From positions 160,001-224,000 of the forward strand of contig CAWCXJ010000008.1 in NCBI GenBank assembly GCA_963799485.1: DNA of 64,000 nt. Reading direction: 5' to 3'. Below the pieces are notes generated by a model. That model was not told the DNA's origin, did not search any database, and saw only the letters and a list, made by a program, of their open reading frames with translations. Shown here piece by piece: positions 38,472 to 48,567 of the stretch (position 1 is the first letter of the stretch; each line of letters begins with the position of its first letter). Both the position numbers and the translations under genes were made by a program. The stretch comes from an uncultured Trueperaceae bacterium. GTDB taxonomy: Bacteria > Deinococcota > Deinococci > Deinococcales > Trueperaceae.

Positions 38472-39662
38472 CTAGTTTCCTTCGATTTGTGCGACCGCGC
38501 CGCTCAGCACTTGCGCGGGGTCCGAACCTTGGCTTTCCAAAAGGACGGTCAGCGCGTCGCCCATCGGCCCCCAGACGTTGCCCATTTCAGGAATGTTGGG
38601 CATCGGTTCGGCCTCTTTGTAGGCGGCGATAAAACCGGACAGTACGGGGTCGTCGGCGACGGCGGCAGCGGCCTCTAAGGAGGTCGGGATGCGACTACTC
38701 ATCTCGGCGAGTTTAATCTGCGCGTCGGGGCGGGTAAGCCACTTGGCGAAGTTTGCGGCGTCGGCCTTGTTTTGCGAAAACTCGTTTAAGAGGACGCCCT
38801 GAACGCCGATAAAGCCTTTCCAGGTGGTACCGTCCGCCATCGGTGGGATGGGCATCGCGGCAACCGGAATTCCGGCCTCGCGCGCGTTGGCAATGACCCA
38901 GGGGCCGTTATAGATCATCGCCGCCGAGCCTTCGTTAAACAACCCTTCGGCAACCGACGAATCGGTTCCGGGTGGAATCAGCCCGTAGTCGTACTGCAGC
39001 GCCTTAATCTGCTCGGCACCCTTGATTGCGCCTTCGTTGGCGAGGCCCACATCGTTCGGGTCGAGGTTGCCTTCGGCGTCGCGCTTAAAGACGTAACCGC
39101 CGTTCGAGAGAATCCAGTTGTACGAAAAGTAAAAGTTCTTGTCATCGTACAAAAAGCCGTAGGTGTCGCCGCTGGTCAGCTCCTGCGCTTTGGCGATCAT
39201 GTCCTCGTAGGTTGCCGGAAACTCGCTTTCAGGCACGAGGTCGGTGTTGACGACCAGCGCCGGGCCTTCGGAGTAGACGGGCAAGCCGAAGAGCCGACCG
39301 TTAAAGGTAAACGCCAGCCGCGCCTGTTCGGAAAGGTCGGCTAAATAGTCTTCGGTGGCAAACTGCGACATATCCGCCAGCACGCCGCCCGCTGCGAGTT
39401 CACCGAGCTGGTCGTGGGGAAGTGTGACCACGAGGTCGGCGGCTTCACCTTGCGGGGCGGCGAGGAGCATTTTCTGCTTGAGTTCACCTAATTCGATGCG
39501 GGTGATGCTCACCGGGACGCCGAACGCCGCTTCAAAGGAGGCGGCTTCACCCTGGAGCCACTCGAGGTCGGTCTCACCGAAGTGACTCCAGACCGTGACC
39601 TCTTGCGCGGTCGTTAGGCCCACCGCTAAAAGAAGCGAAAGCGCGACAAACAGCTTTTTCAT
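38472..39662 (-). CDS. malE: Maltose/maltodextrin-binding protein
   Basis: Signal peptide, PHDQLG, NFYFSY, YNGPW, PMPNIPEMGNVW. Confidence 0.92.
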   Translation of the reverse strand: MKKLFVALSLLLAVGLTTAQEVTVWSHFGETDLEWLQGEAASFEAAFGVPVSITRIELGELKQKMLLAAPQGEAADLVVTLPHDQLGELAAGGVLADMSQFATEDYLADLSEQARLAFTFNGRLFGLPVYSEGPALVVNTDLVPESEFPATYEDMIAKAQELTSGDTYGFLYDDKNFYFSYNWILSNGGYVFKRDAEGNLDPNDVGLANEGAIKGAEQIKALQYDYGLIPPGTDSSVAEGLFNEGSAAMIYNGPWVIANAREAGIPVAAMPIPPMADGTTWKGFIGVQGVLLNEFSQNKADAANFAKWLTRPDAQIKLAEMSSRIPTSLEAAAAVADDPVLSGFIAAYKEAEPMPNIPEMGNVWGPMGDALTVLLESQGSDPAQVLSGAVAQIEGN

Positions 39663-39861
39663 AAAGTTCCTTTCGGTGCTGAACTTGACACAAGCGCAGC
39701 GGCCCCGTGGGGCATTTATTTTTTACTTACACCTTAGAGCTTACACAATAAATTGAGGACAGTAAAGCGTGTTAGCCCTCAGTTGATTTTCTGTGCTGCA
39801 CGCTGCTTGCAGGGCTCGAGCGTGTTAAAAAATGCACGCTTGCAGTGTTAAGCTGGGCCGA

Positions 39862-41697
39862 ATGTTACATAACCTTTCACTCTTACACGACCCGCTGCGC
39901 GGGCGGCATGAAGGCAAGGCTGTCACCGTCGCCCTGCAAACGAGTCAACCCGTAACGGCGGCCTGGGTGCGAAGTGAACCCGACAACGAGGAGTTTTTGA
40001 GCCCACTGCTTCCTAAAGGTCGAAAGGGACGCTGGTTCATCTACCAGGGCGAGTTGCGCCTCAACCCGGCGGACACGGTGACGCGTTACGCCTTCAAGGT
40101 GTTGCCGGAAGCTTCAGCACATCAGCCGGGGCAAGTGTGGCTGAGCGAACTCGGTCAAACACCGTATTTTCCCGAACGTGCCGGACACTTTCGTTTCAAT
40201 CCGGGTTACAAGCCGGTGCCGTGGCTCTGGTCGCAAGTTTTCTACCAGATTTTTCCCGAGCGTTTTTATGACGGGGGCCCCGGCAACAACGTCGTGAGCG
40301 GCGAATACCTTTACGAAGGCAAGCCGGTCGTGGCGAAGGCGTGGGACGCGTTGCCGGAGCGTAAACAGGGGCCGAGGGAGTTTTACGGCGGCGACTTGGA
40401 GGGTATTCGGCAAAAGCTGCCGTACTTGCAAGACCTGGGTGTTACGGCGCTCTACTTAAACCCCGTCTTCACCTCGCCGAGTTCACACAAGTACGACACT
40501 GTAGACTATTTTCACGTTGACCCGCATTTTGGCGGCAACGAAGCACTGGAAACGTTGTGCGCGGCGCTGCGTGAACGCGATTTTCGCCTGATTCTAGACG
40601 CCGTGGTCAACCACACCTCGGAGCGTCACCCGTGGTTCGACCGTTACGGTGAGTACGACAAGGCTGGGGCATATGGTGGCGGCGAAACAAAAGACTTCTA
40701 CACCTTTGCTTCTGCTGACCCCGATTCGTACAGCGGCTGGATTGGTGTCAAAACTTTGCCCGTACTCGACTTTTCGCACCCCGAGGTGCGGCGGCGTGTC
40801 TACGAGGCCGACGACGCGGTGCTGCGGTACTGGTTGCGTCCGCCCTACAGCATCGACGGTTGGCGTTTCGACGTGGTGCATATGCTGGGCGACGGTACCG
40901 GGGCTAAAAACAACGCAGCGTATGTGCGCGGGTTTCGGCGGGCAATCAAGGAAGAAAACCCCGAAGCGCTGGTTTTGGGTGAACACTTTTTCGAGGCGAC
41001 CGCTTGGTTGCAGGGCGACCAGGAAGACAGCGCCATGAACTATTACGGGTTTACGCTGCCGGTGCGGGCGTTTCTGGCAGGTACCGATCACCGGGGGCAT
41101 TCTCTACAGATTGACGCGCGCGATTTTGAGTATCTGCTGACGAGGGCAAGGGCTCAACTCCCCTTTGAAATCCAGCTCTCGCAGTTCAACTTGCTCGGTT
41201 CACACGACGTCGCGCGGCTGCTCACACTTTTAGATGGCGATACTGCGCGGCTTAAATTAGCTGTGACGTTGCTGCTGACCTACATCGGCGTGCCGTGCGT
41301 CTATTACGGCGATGAAGTGGGGCTTTTGGGCGGCGATGACCCCGACTGTCGCCGGACGTTTCCGTGGGACGCGGCGCGCTGGAACCAGGACATGCTAGCT
41401 CACTACCGGGCGCTGATTGCCTTTCGGAAAAAGCGGCGCGTGTTGCAAGAAGGGCTTTTTATCCCGCTTTACGCTGAAGGGGATGTGGTCGCATTCGCGA
41501 GGGTTTTGGAAAGTGAAATGGTGTTCGTTATTGTCAACCGTGGGGAAGCGGTGGGGCTCGAGCTTGACCTCTCGCAAGTCGGCCTAAAAGATGAGCGGCT
41601 TCAGTCGTTCTTTGAAAACGAGCTTGCTCGAGTTGAAGATGGCGTTTTACAACTGACATTGGAAGCGTGCAGCAGCCGAGTCCTCTTTACAAGTTAG
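39862..41697 (+). CDS. malZ: Maltodextrin glucosidase (GH13)
   Basis: FYQIFPERF, SHKYDT, DAVVNH, DGWRFDV, GEHF, GSHD; start refined to ATG 39862, 7 nt after TAAGCT. Confidence 0.9.
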   Translation: MLHNLSLLHDPLRGRHEGKAVTVALQTSQPVTAAWVRSEPDNEEFLSPLLPKGRKGRWFIYQGELRLNPADTVTRYAFKVLPEASAHQPGQVWLSELGQTPYFPERAGHFRFNPGYKPVPWLWSQVFYQIFPERFYDGGPGNNVVSGEYLYEGKPVVAKAWDALPERKQGPREFYGGDLEGIRQKLPYLQDLGVTALYLNPVFTSPSSHKYDTVDYFHVDPHFGGNEALETLCAALRERDFRLILDAVVNHTSERHPWFDRYGEYDKAGAYGGGETKDFYTFASADPDSYSGWIGVKTLPVLDFSHPEVRRRVYEADDAVLRYWLRPPYSIDGWRFDVVHMLGDGTGAKNNAAYVRGFRRAIKEENPEALVLGEHFFEATAWLQGDQEDSAMNYYGFTLPVRAFLAGTDHRGHSLQIDARDFEYLLTRARAQLPFEIQLSQFNLLGSHDVARLLTLLDGDTARLKLAVTLLLTYIGVPCVYYGDEVGLLGGDDPDCRRTFPWDAARWNQDMLAHYRALIAFRKKRRVLQEGLFIPLYAEGDVVAFARVLESEMVFVIVNRGEAVGLELDLSQVGLKDERLQSFFENELARVEDGVLQLTLEACSSRVLFTS

Positions 41698-42799
41698 CAC
41701 TGTAGCGTCCGCTCGGCAAGGTTTGAATCGTACCTTGAAGTTCTAAAGTCATCAGGGTTGGCAACAGTTCGGGCGCACTTTTTCCGGTAGCGACAATCAG
41801 CTCATCTAACAGCGGTTCACCCCGGCTCCGAATCAGCGCCGTAAGTTCACCTAAAAATCCGGGCAGTTCAGGTTTGGGTTTTGCGGGGGTGCGTGCGTGC
41901 TGCCAACCGAACTCGCTGCGAATGTCGTCGGCACTCTGCGTTAAAACCGCGCCCTGTTTGAGCAAATCCAAGGCACCTTCAGCTCTGGGGTCGCCGAGCC
42001 TGCCGGGAACGGCGAAGACGCTGCGGCCCTCCTCGAGCGCGTACTCTGCCGTAATCAAAGCGCCCGATTTTCTGCCGCCTTCGACGACTAAAACACCTTT
42101 GGAAAGCCCGCTGATAATCCGGTTGCGTCCGGGGAAATATTCGGCTCTCGGCGACGTGCCGAGGCGGTATTCGCTCACAATCGCGCCGCGACCTTCTAAA
42201 ATGCGCTCAGCCAGGCGGCGGTTGCCACCGGGATAGATGATATCGACGCTCGAGCCCAACACCGCCACCGTCTGCCCGCCTGGTGTAGCCAACGCACCTT
42301 CGTGCGCGGCGGTATCGACCCCGAGTGCCAGACCTGAAACGATGGCGACGTTTGTTTCCGCCAGCTCTTGCGAAAAACGGCGGCTCAGCTCGAGCCCGTA
42401 GTGACTCGCGTTCCGCGTCCCGACGACGCCCAAGCTCCGCAGTTCGGTCAGCTCGCCGTGTACCGTTTCGGGTAGTGTCCCGCGCACATAGAGTACCGGC
42501 GGCGGGTCGTAAATCCGCGCCAGGGCTGCCGGGTATTCGGAGGTGCCGAGCGCTAAAAGCGTGACGTTGAGACGTTGGACCCGGGCCATTTCCGCGTCGG
42601 CCTTGGTTTGGGCGACGCCTCGAGCCGCTACAATAGCCTCGGCAAGCTTGCGTCCGATGCCTTCGACCTGCGTAAGTTCTGCCGCGCCCAAATCTGTGTC
42701 TGCGCCAACCCCGAAATGTTCGACCAAAGCCTTGATTTTGCGCGGCCCCAAACCGGGGGTGAACGAAAAGGTCAGCAGGGCGTGAAGCGCGGGGTTCAT
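41687..42799 (-). CDS. dprA: DNA-processing protein DprA
   Basis: VVGTR, VSGLALGVDTAAH, FPGRNRIISGLS, SGALITA. Confidence 0.96.
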   Translation of the reverse strand: MNPALHALLTFSFTPGLGPRKIKALVEHFGVGADTDLGAAELTQVEGIGRKLAEAIVAARGVAQTKADAEMARVQRLNVTLLALGTSEYPAALARIYDPPPVLYVRGTLPETVHGELTELRSLGVVGTRNASHYGLELSRRFSQELAETNVAIVSGLALGVDTAAHEGALATPGGQTVAVLGSSVDIIYPGGNRRLAERILEGRGAIVSEYRLGTSPRAEYFPGRNRIISGLSKGVLVVEGGRKSGALITAEYALEEGRSVFAVPGRLGDPRAEGALDLLKQGAVLTQSADDIRSEFGWQHARTPAKPKPELPGFLGELTALIRSRGEPLLDELIVATGKSAPELLPTLMTLELQGTIQTLPSGRYSANL

Positions 42800-42843
42800 G
42801 TAGGGCAATCGTAACAGGCGCGGGCGGCGCTGCCGATGAAGTT

Positions 42844-43326
42844 TTACGCGCCTTGGTCGGCAGGGCCGGGTTGGCCTGCGCCGGTTCGACCTGCGCGCAC
42901 CTCAGCGCGAAAAAAGTTTTCTGCCGCTACCGGAGAACCTGCAGCCCGCCGCAGCAGAGCGAGCTGCCCGATGTGCGTCATAGCGTCGGACAACGGGCCT
43001 TGTACAAGGCGTACCAGAAGTTCAGCATCTTGTGATTTGGACAGTTCATGCTCGAGCGCCTCGAGCATTTCATAAAACCGTGCAGTTTCGCCCTCCCAAC
43101 TCAGGTCTTGAAGCGTACCCCGGTGCGCCGCGTCACCTGTTTGCACAACTTTCAGGCCGTAGTGCAAAACCCCGCTCATGTGCCGGACGAGCCGCTGCGG
43201 TGTACGCACCCCAAACCCGAGTTCAAACGAGGCGAAGTCTGGAGGCGCGCCTTCCAGAGTCTTTTGTAAGCGGTACGCCAGCGTTGCCAGCAGGTGACGG
43301 ATAAAAAAAGTGTCGGGTGGATTCAT
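42844..43326 (-). CDS. DinB/YfiT-like four-helix protein
   Basis: RTPQRLVRHM and DAMTHIGQLALLRR histidine pattern. Confidence 0.75.
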   Translation of the reverse strand: MNPPDTFFIRHLLATLAYRLQKTLEGAPPDFASFELGFGVRTPQRLVRHMSGVLHYGLKVVQTGDAAHRGTLQDLSWEGETARFYEMLEALEHELSKSQDAELLVRLVQGPLSDAMTHIGQLALLRRAAGSPVAAENFFRAEVRAGRTGAGQPGPADQGA

Positions 43327-43402
43327 GGTGTCTACGCTACACCGTCGCTTTAGGCCGCGCTCGGTTTACCGCAGTGCAAAGCCCCCGCAAAGCCCCCGAC
43401 GC

Positions 43403-43481
43403 ACGGCTCGAGGCTCGAAAAAAGGTCTCAGAACTATCGGTCGGCAACTGTTAGAAGGTGGAACATCGGGGCTCGAGCCGT
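43403..43481. repeat. 79-bp intergenic element with 16-bp imperfect terminal inverted repeats (REP/MITE-like)
   Basis: ACGGCTCGAGGCTCGA ... TCGGGGCTCGAGCCGT (14/16 match). Confidence 0.5.
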
Positions 43482-43513
43482 CGGTAAAAATTGCCGCTGG
43501 CACGGTGCGCATC

Positions 43514-44947
43514 TCAAACCCGCTCTTTGGGCGCGCCGCGTTTCCACCGCACCCCGCCCGGCGCGTCCTCCAACACCAGCCCCAGCTCTGCCAAACGGTC
43601 ACGAATCGCGTCGGAGGTGGCAAAGTCGCGGCGCGTCCGGGCTTCCTGCCGCTGTTCACTGACGAGCTGGACAAGTCCGTCCAAGAGGGCCGTATCATCC
43701 TGCACGTTTTCCTGAACCCCGAGAATGCCGAGTACGTCCCCGGCGAGGTCGTCGAAAAAGGCTTTGGCTGCTGCTATGTACGCGGCGTCCGCGCGGCCTA
43801 GTTTGGCGTTGACATGGCGGCTTACGTCGAATAGTACGGCAATGGCCTGCGGCGTATTGAAATCGTCGTTCATCGCCGCCGTAAAACGCTCGCGGTAGGC
43901 CGTAAAAGGGTCGTTTTGCGGCGTCGCCTCACCCTCCACGCGGCGCGAAAGTTCTGCGTAAGTTTCTTGCAACCGTTTAAGCCCTTGTTTGGAGGCGTAC
44001 ACGCTTTCGTCCGAAAAGTCGCTGACGCTGCGGTAGTGCGCGCCCAAAAGGTGAAAGCGGAGCGCCGTCCCACCGTGTTCGGCAAGGAGTTCGGCAAGGG
44101 CCAAGGCACCTTTGGACTTCGCCATCTTCTCACCGCCGAAAGTCAAAAAGTTCCAGTGGAGCCAGTACCGCGCGAACGGTTTGCCTGCACCTTTCGCCTG
44201 GGCAATCTCGCACTCGTGGTGCGGGAAAATCAGGTCGAGGCCGCCGCCGTGAATGTCGAAGGTGTCGCCCAGATATTTGGTACTCATCACCGAGCACTCG
44301 AGGTGCCAGCCCGGATAGCCTTCACCCCAAGGCGAAGGCCAGTGCATCAGGTGGCCCTTTTCGGCGGCTTTCCACAAGGCGAAGTCGCGCGGGTCGTCTT
44401 TGTCGCTCCTAACCTCTACGCGCGTACCCTCTTGCTGGTCGTCGGCGTTGCGGCCCGAAAGCTCGCCGTAGTCGTCCCACGCCGATACGTCGAAATAGAC
44501 GTTGCCGCCGCGTTCATAGGCCAGGCCGCGTTCCAGTAGCGTTTGCGTCATCTCAATCTGTTCGGTGATGTGCCCGGAAGCGCGCGGGATGATGTCGGGG
44601 CGGCGCACACCGAGTTGCGCCATCGCATCGAAATACCGCCAAAAGTACTTTTCGGCAATTTCCATGGGCTCGAGCTGCTCCAAGCGCGCCCGTTTGACGA
44701 GTTTATCCTCACCCTCGTCGGCGTCGTCGGTTAAGTGCCCGACGTCGGTAACATTGGAAACGAAACGCACCCGGTAGCCTTCATGCGTAAACCAGCGGCG
44801 CACCACGTCGAAAAATACCGGGCCGCGGGCATTACCGATGTGCGGTTCACTGTAGACAGTCGGGCCGCAGACGTAAATCCCGACGTGGTTCGGGACGAGC
44901 GGCGTAAAGGTTTCTTTTTGACGGGTCAGGGTGTTGTAGAGCTGCAT
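43514..44947 (-). CDS. cysS: Cysteine--tRNA ligase
   Basis: [43 protein letters not shown]. Confidence 0.97.
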   Translation of the reverse strand: MQLYNTLTRQKETFTPLVPNHVGIYVCGPTVYSEPHIGNARGPVFFDVVRRWFTHEGYRVRFVSNVTDVGHLTDDADEGEDKLVKRARLEQLEPMEIAEKYFWRYFDAMAQLGVRRPDIIPRASGHITEQIEMTQTLLERGLAYERGGNVYFDVSAWDDYGELSGRNADDQQEGTRVEVRSDKDDPRDFALWKAAEKGHLMHWPSPWGEGYPGWHLECSVMSTKYLGDTFDIHGGGLDLIFPHHECEIAQAKGAGKPFARYWLHWNFLTFGGEKMAKSKGALALAELLAEHGGTALRFHLLGAHYRSVSDFSDESVYASKQGLKRLQETYAELSRRVEGEATPQNDPFTAYRERFTAAMNDDFNTPQAIAVLFDVSRHVNAKLGRADAAYIAAAKAFFDDLAGDVLGILGVQENVQDDTALLDGLVQLVSEQRQEARTRRDFATSDAIRDRLAELGLVLEDAPGGVRWKRGAPKERV

Positions 44948-44993
44948 GGGGTCTCCTTGGGGCAGATGTGGGGGCTAGGGTCGGCTTAAAACG

Positions 44994-45032
44994 CTAGCAA
45001 CATCGTGGGGTAGTAAAGGAGAACTTACTCAT
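44994..45032 (-). CDS. Putative leaderless cysS leader peptide MSKFSFTTPRCC
   Basis: ATG 6 nt after extended -10 TGcTAAACT; ends TGT TGC TAG; contains anti-SD TCTCCTT. Confidence 0.7.
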   Translation of the reverse strand: MSKFSFTTPRCC

Positions 45033-45141
45033 GCTTAAAGTTTAGCATGGCGTCTGTTCTGACCGAGAAGCCAAGTAGACACAGCGATATTCGCGTACCT
45101 ATTTATCCTCTTGATTTGAAAAGGCTGTAACGATAAGCTGT

Positions 45142-45581
45142 TCAACCTCCCCTGACGAACGTTGTGTTGTATCGGTGGACGCTCAACTTGCTCTGAACAG
45201 ATGGATGGTCGATGATGCCCTTATAGACGCCGTAATTTCTGTAGACACGCTCTTTGTCTAACGAGTTGTCCCGCCGACGTTTGCGTTTGACAAGCTCGGG
45301 GAGCATTGCGTGAAGTTCGGTGATGACAAAGCCTTGCCCGTAAAAAGCCGTGATTTCTTCTCTGGTAAGATAAGAAGTGACAAAGAGGATGGAATCGGCG
45401 TCTGTTTCGAGAAAATTTTTCACGATGCGTTCAAATAAAGCTTGATAACCTCTTCGCTTTCGGGCCAGATGCCGCCGTTTAATCTCTGTGTTTCGTCATC
45501 TATCTCGAACACCTCGAGCCCTGAACGCGGCGCAACCGTCGATTTGCCCACACCGGAGAGTCCCAAGAGTAGAGGCTTCAT
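45142..45581 (-). pseudogene. Frameshifted P-loop (shikimate/nucleotide kinase-like) gene
   Basis: MKPLLLGLSGVGKST...EIDDE stops at 45420; the remainder continues in another frame (ORF 45142-45423). Confidence 0.6.
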
Positions 45582-45616
45582 AAGTCATCTTTTCACAAAT
45601 TATGAGGCCCGGTGCG

Positions 45617-45934
45617 TTACCAAAATATTAAGCTGGGGATATACCTTGCTTGAGGGCTGACCAAACTCGTGAGCGCGAAGAGGTGATTAAGGGCTCGAGC
45701 GTCCGAGGCCAGCGGACGGCTGCGCCCGCACCCGCGTTGGTCGAAGACGGCGTGGTACGTCTCCGGGTCGAAATTACGGCGTGCGCCGGGGGTAGAGCCG
45801 CTACCGGGGCCGCCGTGCAGGTAGACCGCCGGGATACCCGCAGGCGTGCCCACCTCTTCGTAGTACAGCGTATGAGCGTTCCCGACCTCGAGCATTCCGG
45901 AGTAAGGTTCTATTGCCGGATGGCTATGGGTCAC
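45617..45934 (-). pseudogene. pip: N-terminal fragment of proline iminopeptidase
   Basis: LYYEEVG, LHGGPGSG, FDQRGCGRSRP, then similarity is lost before the catalytic GxSxG. Confidence 0.8.
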
Positions 45935-45974
45935 TGCAGCACCAGATATATTGCAGCACCAGATATTCCTGGCA

Positions 45975-46004
45975 AACAAAAAAAGAGCCCCCGAGGACTC
46001 TTTT
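45975..46004 (-). terminator. rpmB terminator
   Basis: AAAAGAG...CTCTTTT stem with an extended U-tract on the - strand. Confidence 0.7.
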
Positions 46005-46021
46005 ACGACTTGCAAGCCGGT

Positions 46022-46249
46022 TTACGCGCTGAGCGTCCGGCCTGAGCGGATGCACGAGGTGCAAACGCGCGCGGCGTGGGCGTGACCGCCACGAAAGACC
46101 TTGACGCGTTGCAGGTTCGGGAACTTCCAGGTTTTGGTGATGCCGGTGGTTTTTTTACCGACGCCGCCCTCACGCTTGGCTTTACCGCTCTGCACGACCT
46201 TGTTGCCGACGATGGGTTTTTTCCCACAGATTGCACATACTTTTGCCAT
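46022..46249 (-). CDS. rpmB: 50S ribosomal protein L28 (zinc-ribbon form)
   Basis: [48 protein letters not shown]. Confidence 0.95.
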   Translation of the reverse strand: MAKVCAICGKKPIVGNKVVQSGKAKREGGVGKKTTGITKTWKFPNLQRVKVFRGGHAHAARVCTSCIRSGRTLSA

Positions 46250-46311
46250 AGTCACCTCTCGCTCGAGACTCGTCTTTTTGCTCGAGCCAAAACCTTACAA
46301 GTCTAGCACAG

Positions 46312-47406
46312 CTAGACCTTGTGAAGCAAATAAACCCGTGGGTAGTGTCCGCCGTGAAAGACCTTGAAGGATGTTCTAAGCTGCCAGAGCGTCTGGTTTT
46401 GTAAAAGGTGCTCGAGCAGCCTGACTTCGTGCGTAAGTAGCACAAACCGCGCGCCCGGCGCAGCGACGCGCGCGCACTCGCTCAGCAGAGCCGGATAGAG
46501 CGCCGCGTTTTCCTTGTGCGTCCCTACGGCGTCTCCCCACGGCGGGTCGCTCACGATGACGTCGACGCTGCCCTCAGCGAGCCCGGTCGCGGTCGCGTCG
46601 GCCTCGAACAGTTCTGCCGTAAACCCTGCCGCCGCGACGTTTTGCGCGCTGCACGCAAGCGCTGCCGGATTCTGGTCGCACCCCGTAAACTGTAACGAAC
46701 TGTTTTGGAGTCCTGCTTCGGCAAGCAGCGTGCCGCTCCCGCACATCGGGTTGAACACGCGTTCACCGGGTTTTATCTCGGCAAGTCCGACCATGACTGC
46801 CGCGAGCGCCGCGTTGAGGCCGCCCGGCAGATTGCAAACGCGCCATGCTCTGGCAGAAAGGGGCCGAGGTGTCAGGCGTAAAAGGACTTCCCAACCGTTT
46901 TTGGGTGAGCGTCTTACCCGCATAAGCAGGTCGCCCTCGGCGTCTTGAACCATTCCGGTCGTTTGGGCTAGCTGTTCGCCCAAACGCCTAAACACCGCCG
47001 AGTCGTCTCCGGCGGCGCTCAGGCGAAACCCCGTAAACCTCGCCTGCGCCGTTCGGTCTTTGATTTCTCTGATGAGCCGCGAGAGATGCTCATGCCCGAG
47101 TAGCGCTTTGGGGCGCGGCACCGCAAACGTCAAAAGCCGGTACACCGAGACGACCGTCCGCAAGTTTGAAAGTTTTACGGCGTCACCGACGTAGCGAAAG
47201 GCGACTGCACCCGGTTTTTCTCTGACCTGCTGCACGCCCTTGACGCCTTTAAGTTCGGCTAGGGCAAAGGGCTCGAGCCCCGGCAATACCTCGGCCTCGA
47301 AGTCTGTTTCTTTAGGCTTGACACCTTCAGAAGGGGCGGTTCGCGGGGCCGCCTCTGGCTTGTAAGGGCGTTTGGGTCGGTGGGCTGGACGTCGTTTGGG
47401 CGGCAC
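46312..47406 (-). CDS. THUMP-associated RNA methyltransferase (UPF0020/Trm14-like)
   Basis: PGLE, NPMCGSGTLLAE, SDPPWG; start refined to GTG 47406 after GGAGA. Confidence 0.8.
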   Translation of the reverse strand: MPPKRRPAHRPKRPYKPEAAPRTAPSEGVKPKETDFEAEVLPGLEPFALAELKGVKGVQQVREKPGAVAFRYVGDAVKLSNLRTVVSVYRLLTFAVPRPKALLGHEHLSRLIREIKDRTAQARFTGFRLSAAGDDSAVFRRLGEQLAQTTGMVQDAEGDLLMRVRRSPKNGWEVLLRLTPRPLSARAWRVCNLPGGLNAALAAVMVGLAEIKPGERVFNPMCGSGTLLAEAGLQNSSLQFTGCDQNPAALACSAQNVAAAGFTAELFEADATATGLAEGSVDVIVSDPPWGDAVGTHKENAALYPALLSECARVAAPGARFVLLTHEVRLLEHLLQNQTLWQLRTSFKVFHGGHYPRVYLLHKV

Positions 47407-47460
47407 GTTCTCCACTCTACCGGACAGAGCCGCGCGTCGCGTCCCGGTAAGCTTAAAAAG

Positions 47461-48567
47461 ATGCCGCGCTCGCTCTACCTGCACGTTCCGTTTTGCCCTC
47501 ATATCTGCCCTTACTGCGACTTTCACAAGATGCGGCGGAAGCGCGGGCTGGTCGCGGCGTACCTCAAACGTTTGCGTGAAGAGGCCCAGGCGCTGCACGC
47601 CGAGTTTCCCGGCACGCTGGACACGGTTTATTTCGGTGGTGGCACGCCGTCGCACCTTCAAGATGATGAGCTGGCGTTTGTAGTCGAGACTTTACGGCAA
47701 ACGTGGGGTTTTCCGGGCGCGCAAGAGACGACGCTCGAGGCCGACCCCCTCACCTTCGACGAGGCGCGTTTGAAAATGTTCAAGGCGCTTGGGTTTGACC
47801 GGCTTTCTATCGGTTTGCAATCGACCCAGGATGAAGTCTTGAGATTTCTGGGACGGCAACACACCGGGCGTGAAGGCTTGGCTGCCGTCGAAATGGCGTT
47901 AGCCGCCGGGTTTACGGTCTCCGCCGACCTGATTACGGCGGTTCCGGGTCAAGACGCGGCGCGCGACCTGCATACACTCGCGCAGACCGGTGTGTCGCAT
48001 GTCAGCGTCTACAACCTGACGATTGAGCCCGATACGCCCTTTGCGCGGCGCGGCGTCCGGGTGGACGAAGACAAAGAGGCCGACGACTACGCGCTTGCCG
48101 ACCGAATCTTGTCGGGTTACGGGCTGGCACGCTACGAGGTCTCGAGCCACGCCCAGCCCGGTTTTGAGGCGAAGCACAACAGCGTCTACTGGTCGGGCGA
48201 ACATTTTCTGGCGCTGGGGCCGTCGGCGGCGAGCTTTGTCCCGTCACGGAGAGATACCCTGCGTCTGGTCGGCGAACGCCGCACGAACCCGCCGATCAAG
48301 GGTTGGCTGGCGGGGGAGAAGCCCGACGTGCTGCCCGTAAACCCTGAAGCGTTTGTTCAAGACGTATTGATGACCGGACTCAGAACGCGGCGCGGGGTCG
48401 ATTTGGTGCGTTTGGGTGAACGCGCCGGGTTCGATGTCAAAGCGCATTACAGCGACGTTTTGATTTCTTTAGAAGACGCCGGCTTGACCGAATACTGTGG
48501 CTTTTACTTGCGCGTAACCCCTGCCGGACTGCTACAACTCAACCGGGTTACAGCGGCGTTTTTCTAG
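47461..48567 (+). CDS. hemW: Radical SAM heme chaperone HemW (HemN-like)
   Basis: LYLHVPFCPHICPYCDF, FGGGTPS, YEVS, HNSVYW; ATG 7 nt after TAAGCT. Confidence 0.92.
   Translation: MPRSLYLHVPFCPHICPYCDFHKMRRKRGLVAAYLKRLREEAQALHAEFPGTLDTVYFGGGTPSHLQDDELAFVVETLRQTWGFPGAQETTLEADPLTFDEARLKMFKALGFDRLSIGLQSTQDEVLRFLGRQHTGREGLAAVEMALAAGFTVSADLITAVPGQDAARDLHTLAQTGVSHVSVYNLTIEPDTPFARRGVRVDEDKEADDYALADRILSGYGLARYEVSSHAQPGFEAKHNSVYWSGEHFLALGPSAASFVPSRRDTLRLVGERRTNPPIKGWLAGEKPDVLPVNPEAFVQDVLMTGLRTRRGVDLVRLGERAGFDVKAHYSDVLISLEDAGLTEYCGFYLRVTPAGLLQLNRVTAAFF

Noticed and set aside
39795..39846. LacI-type mal operator (TGCACGCTTGCA and a variant)
   Set aside because: Plausible position, but only a partial match to TGNAANCGNTTNCA, and no regulator in the window; too weak to call.
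44948..45140. T-box riboswitch before cysS
   Set aside because: Leader is too short and no T-box consensus or terminator is visible; a leader-peptide model fits better.
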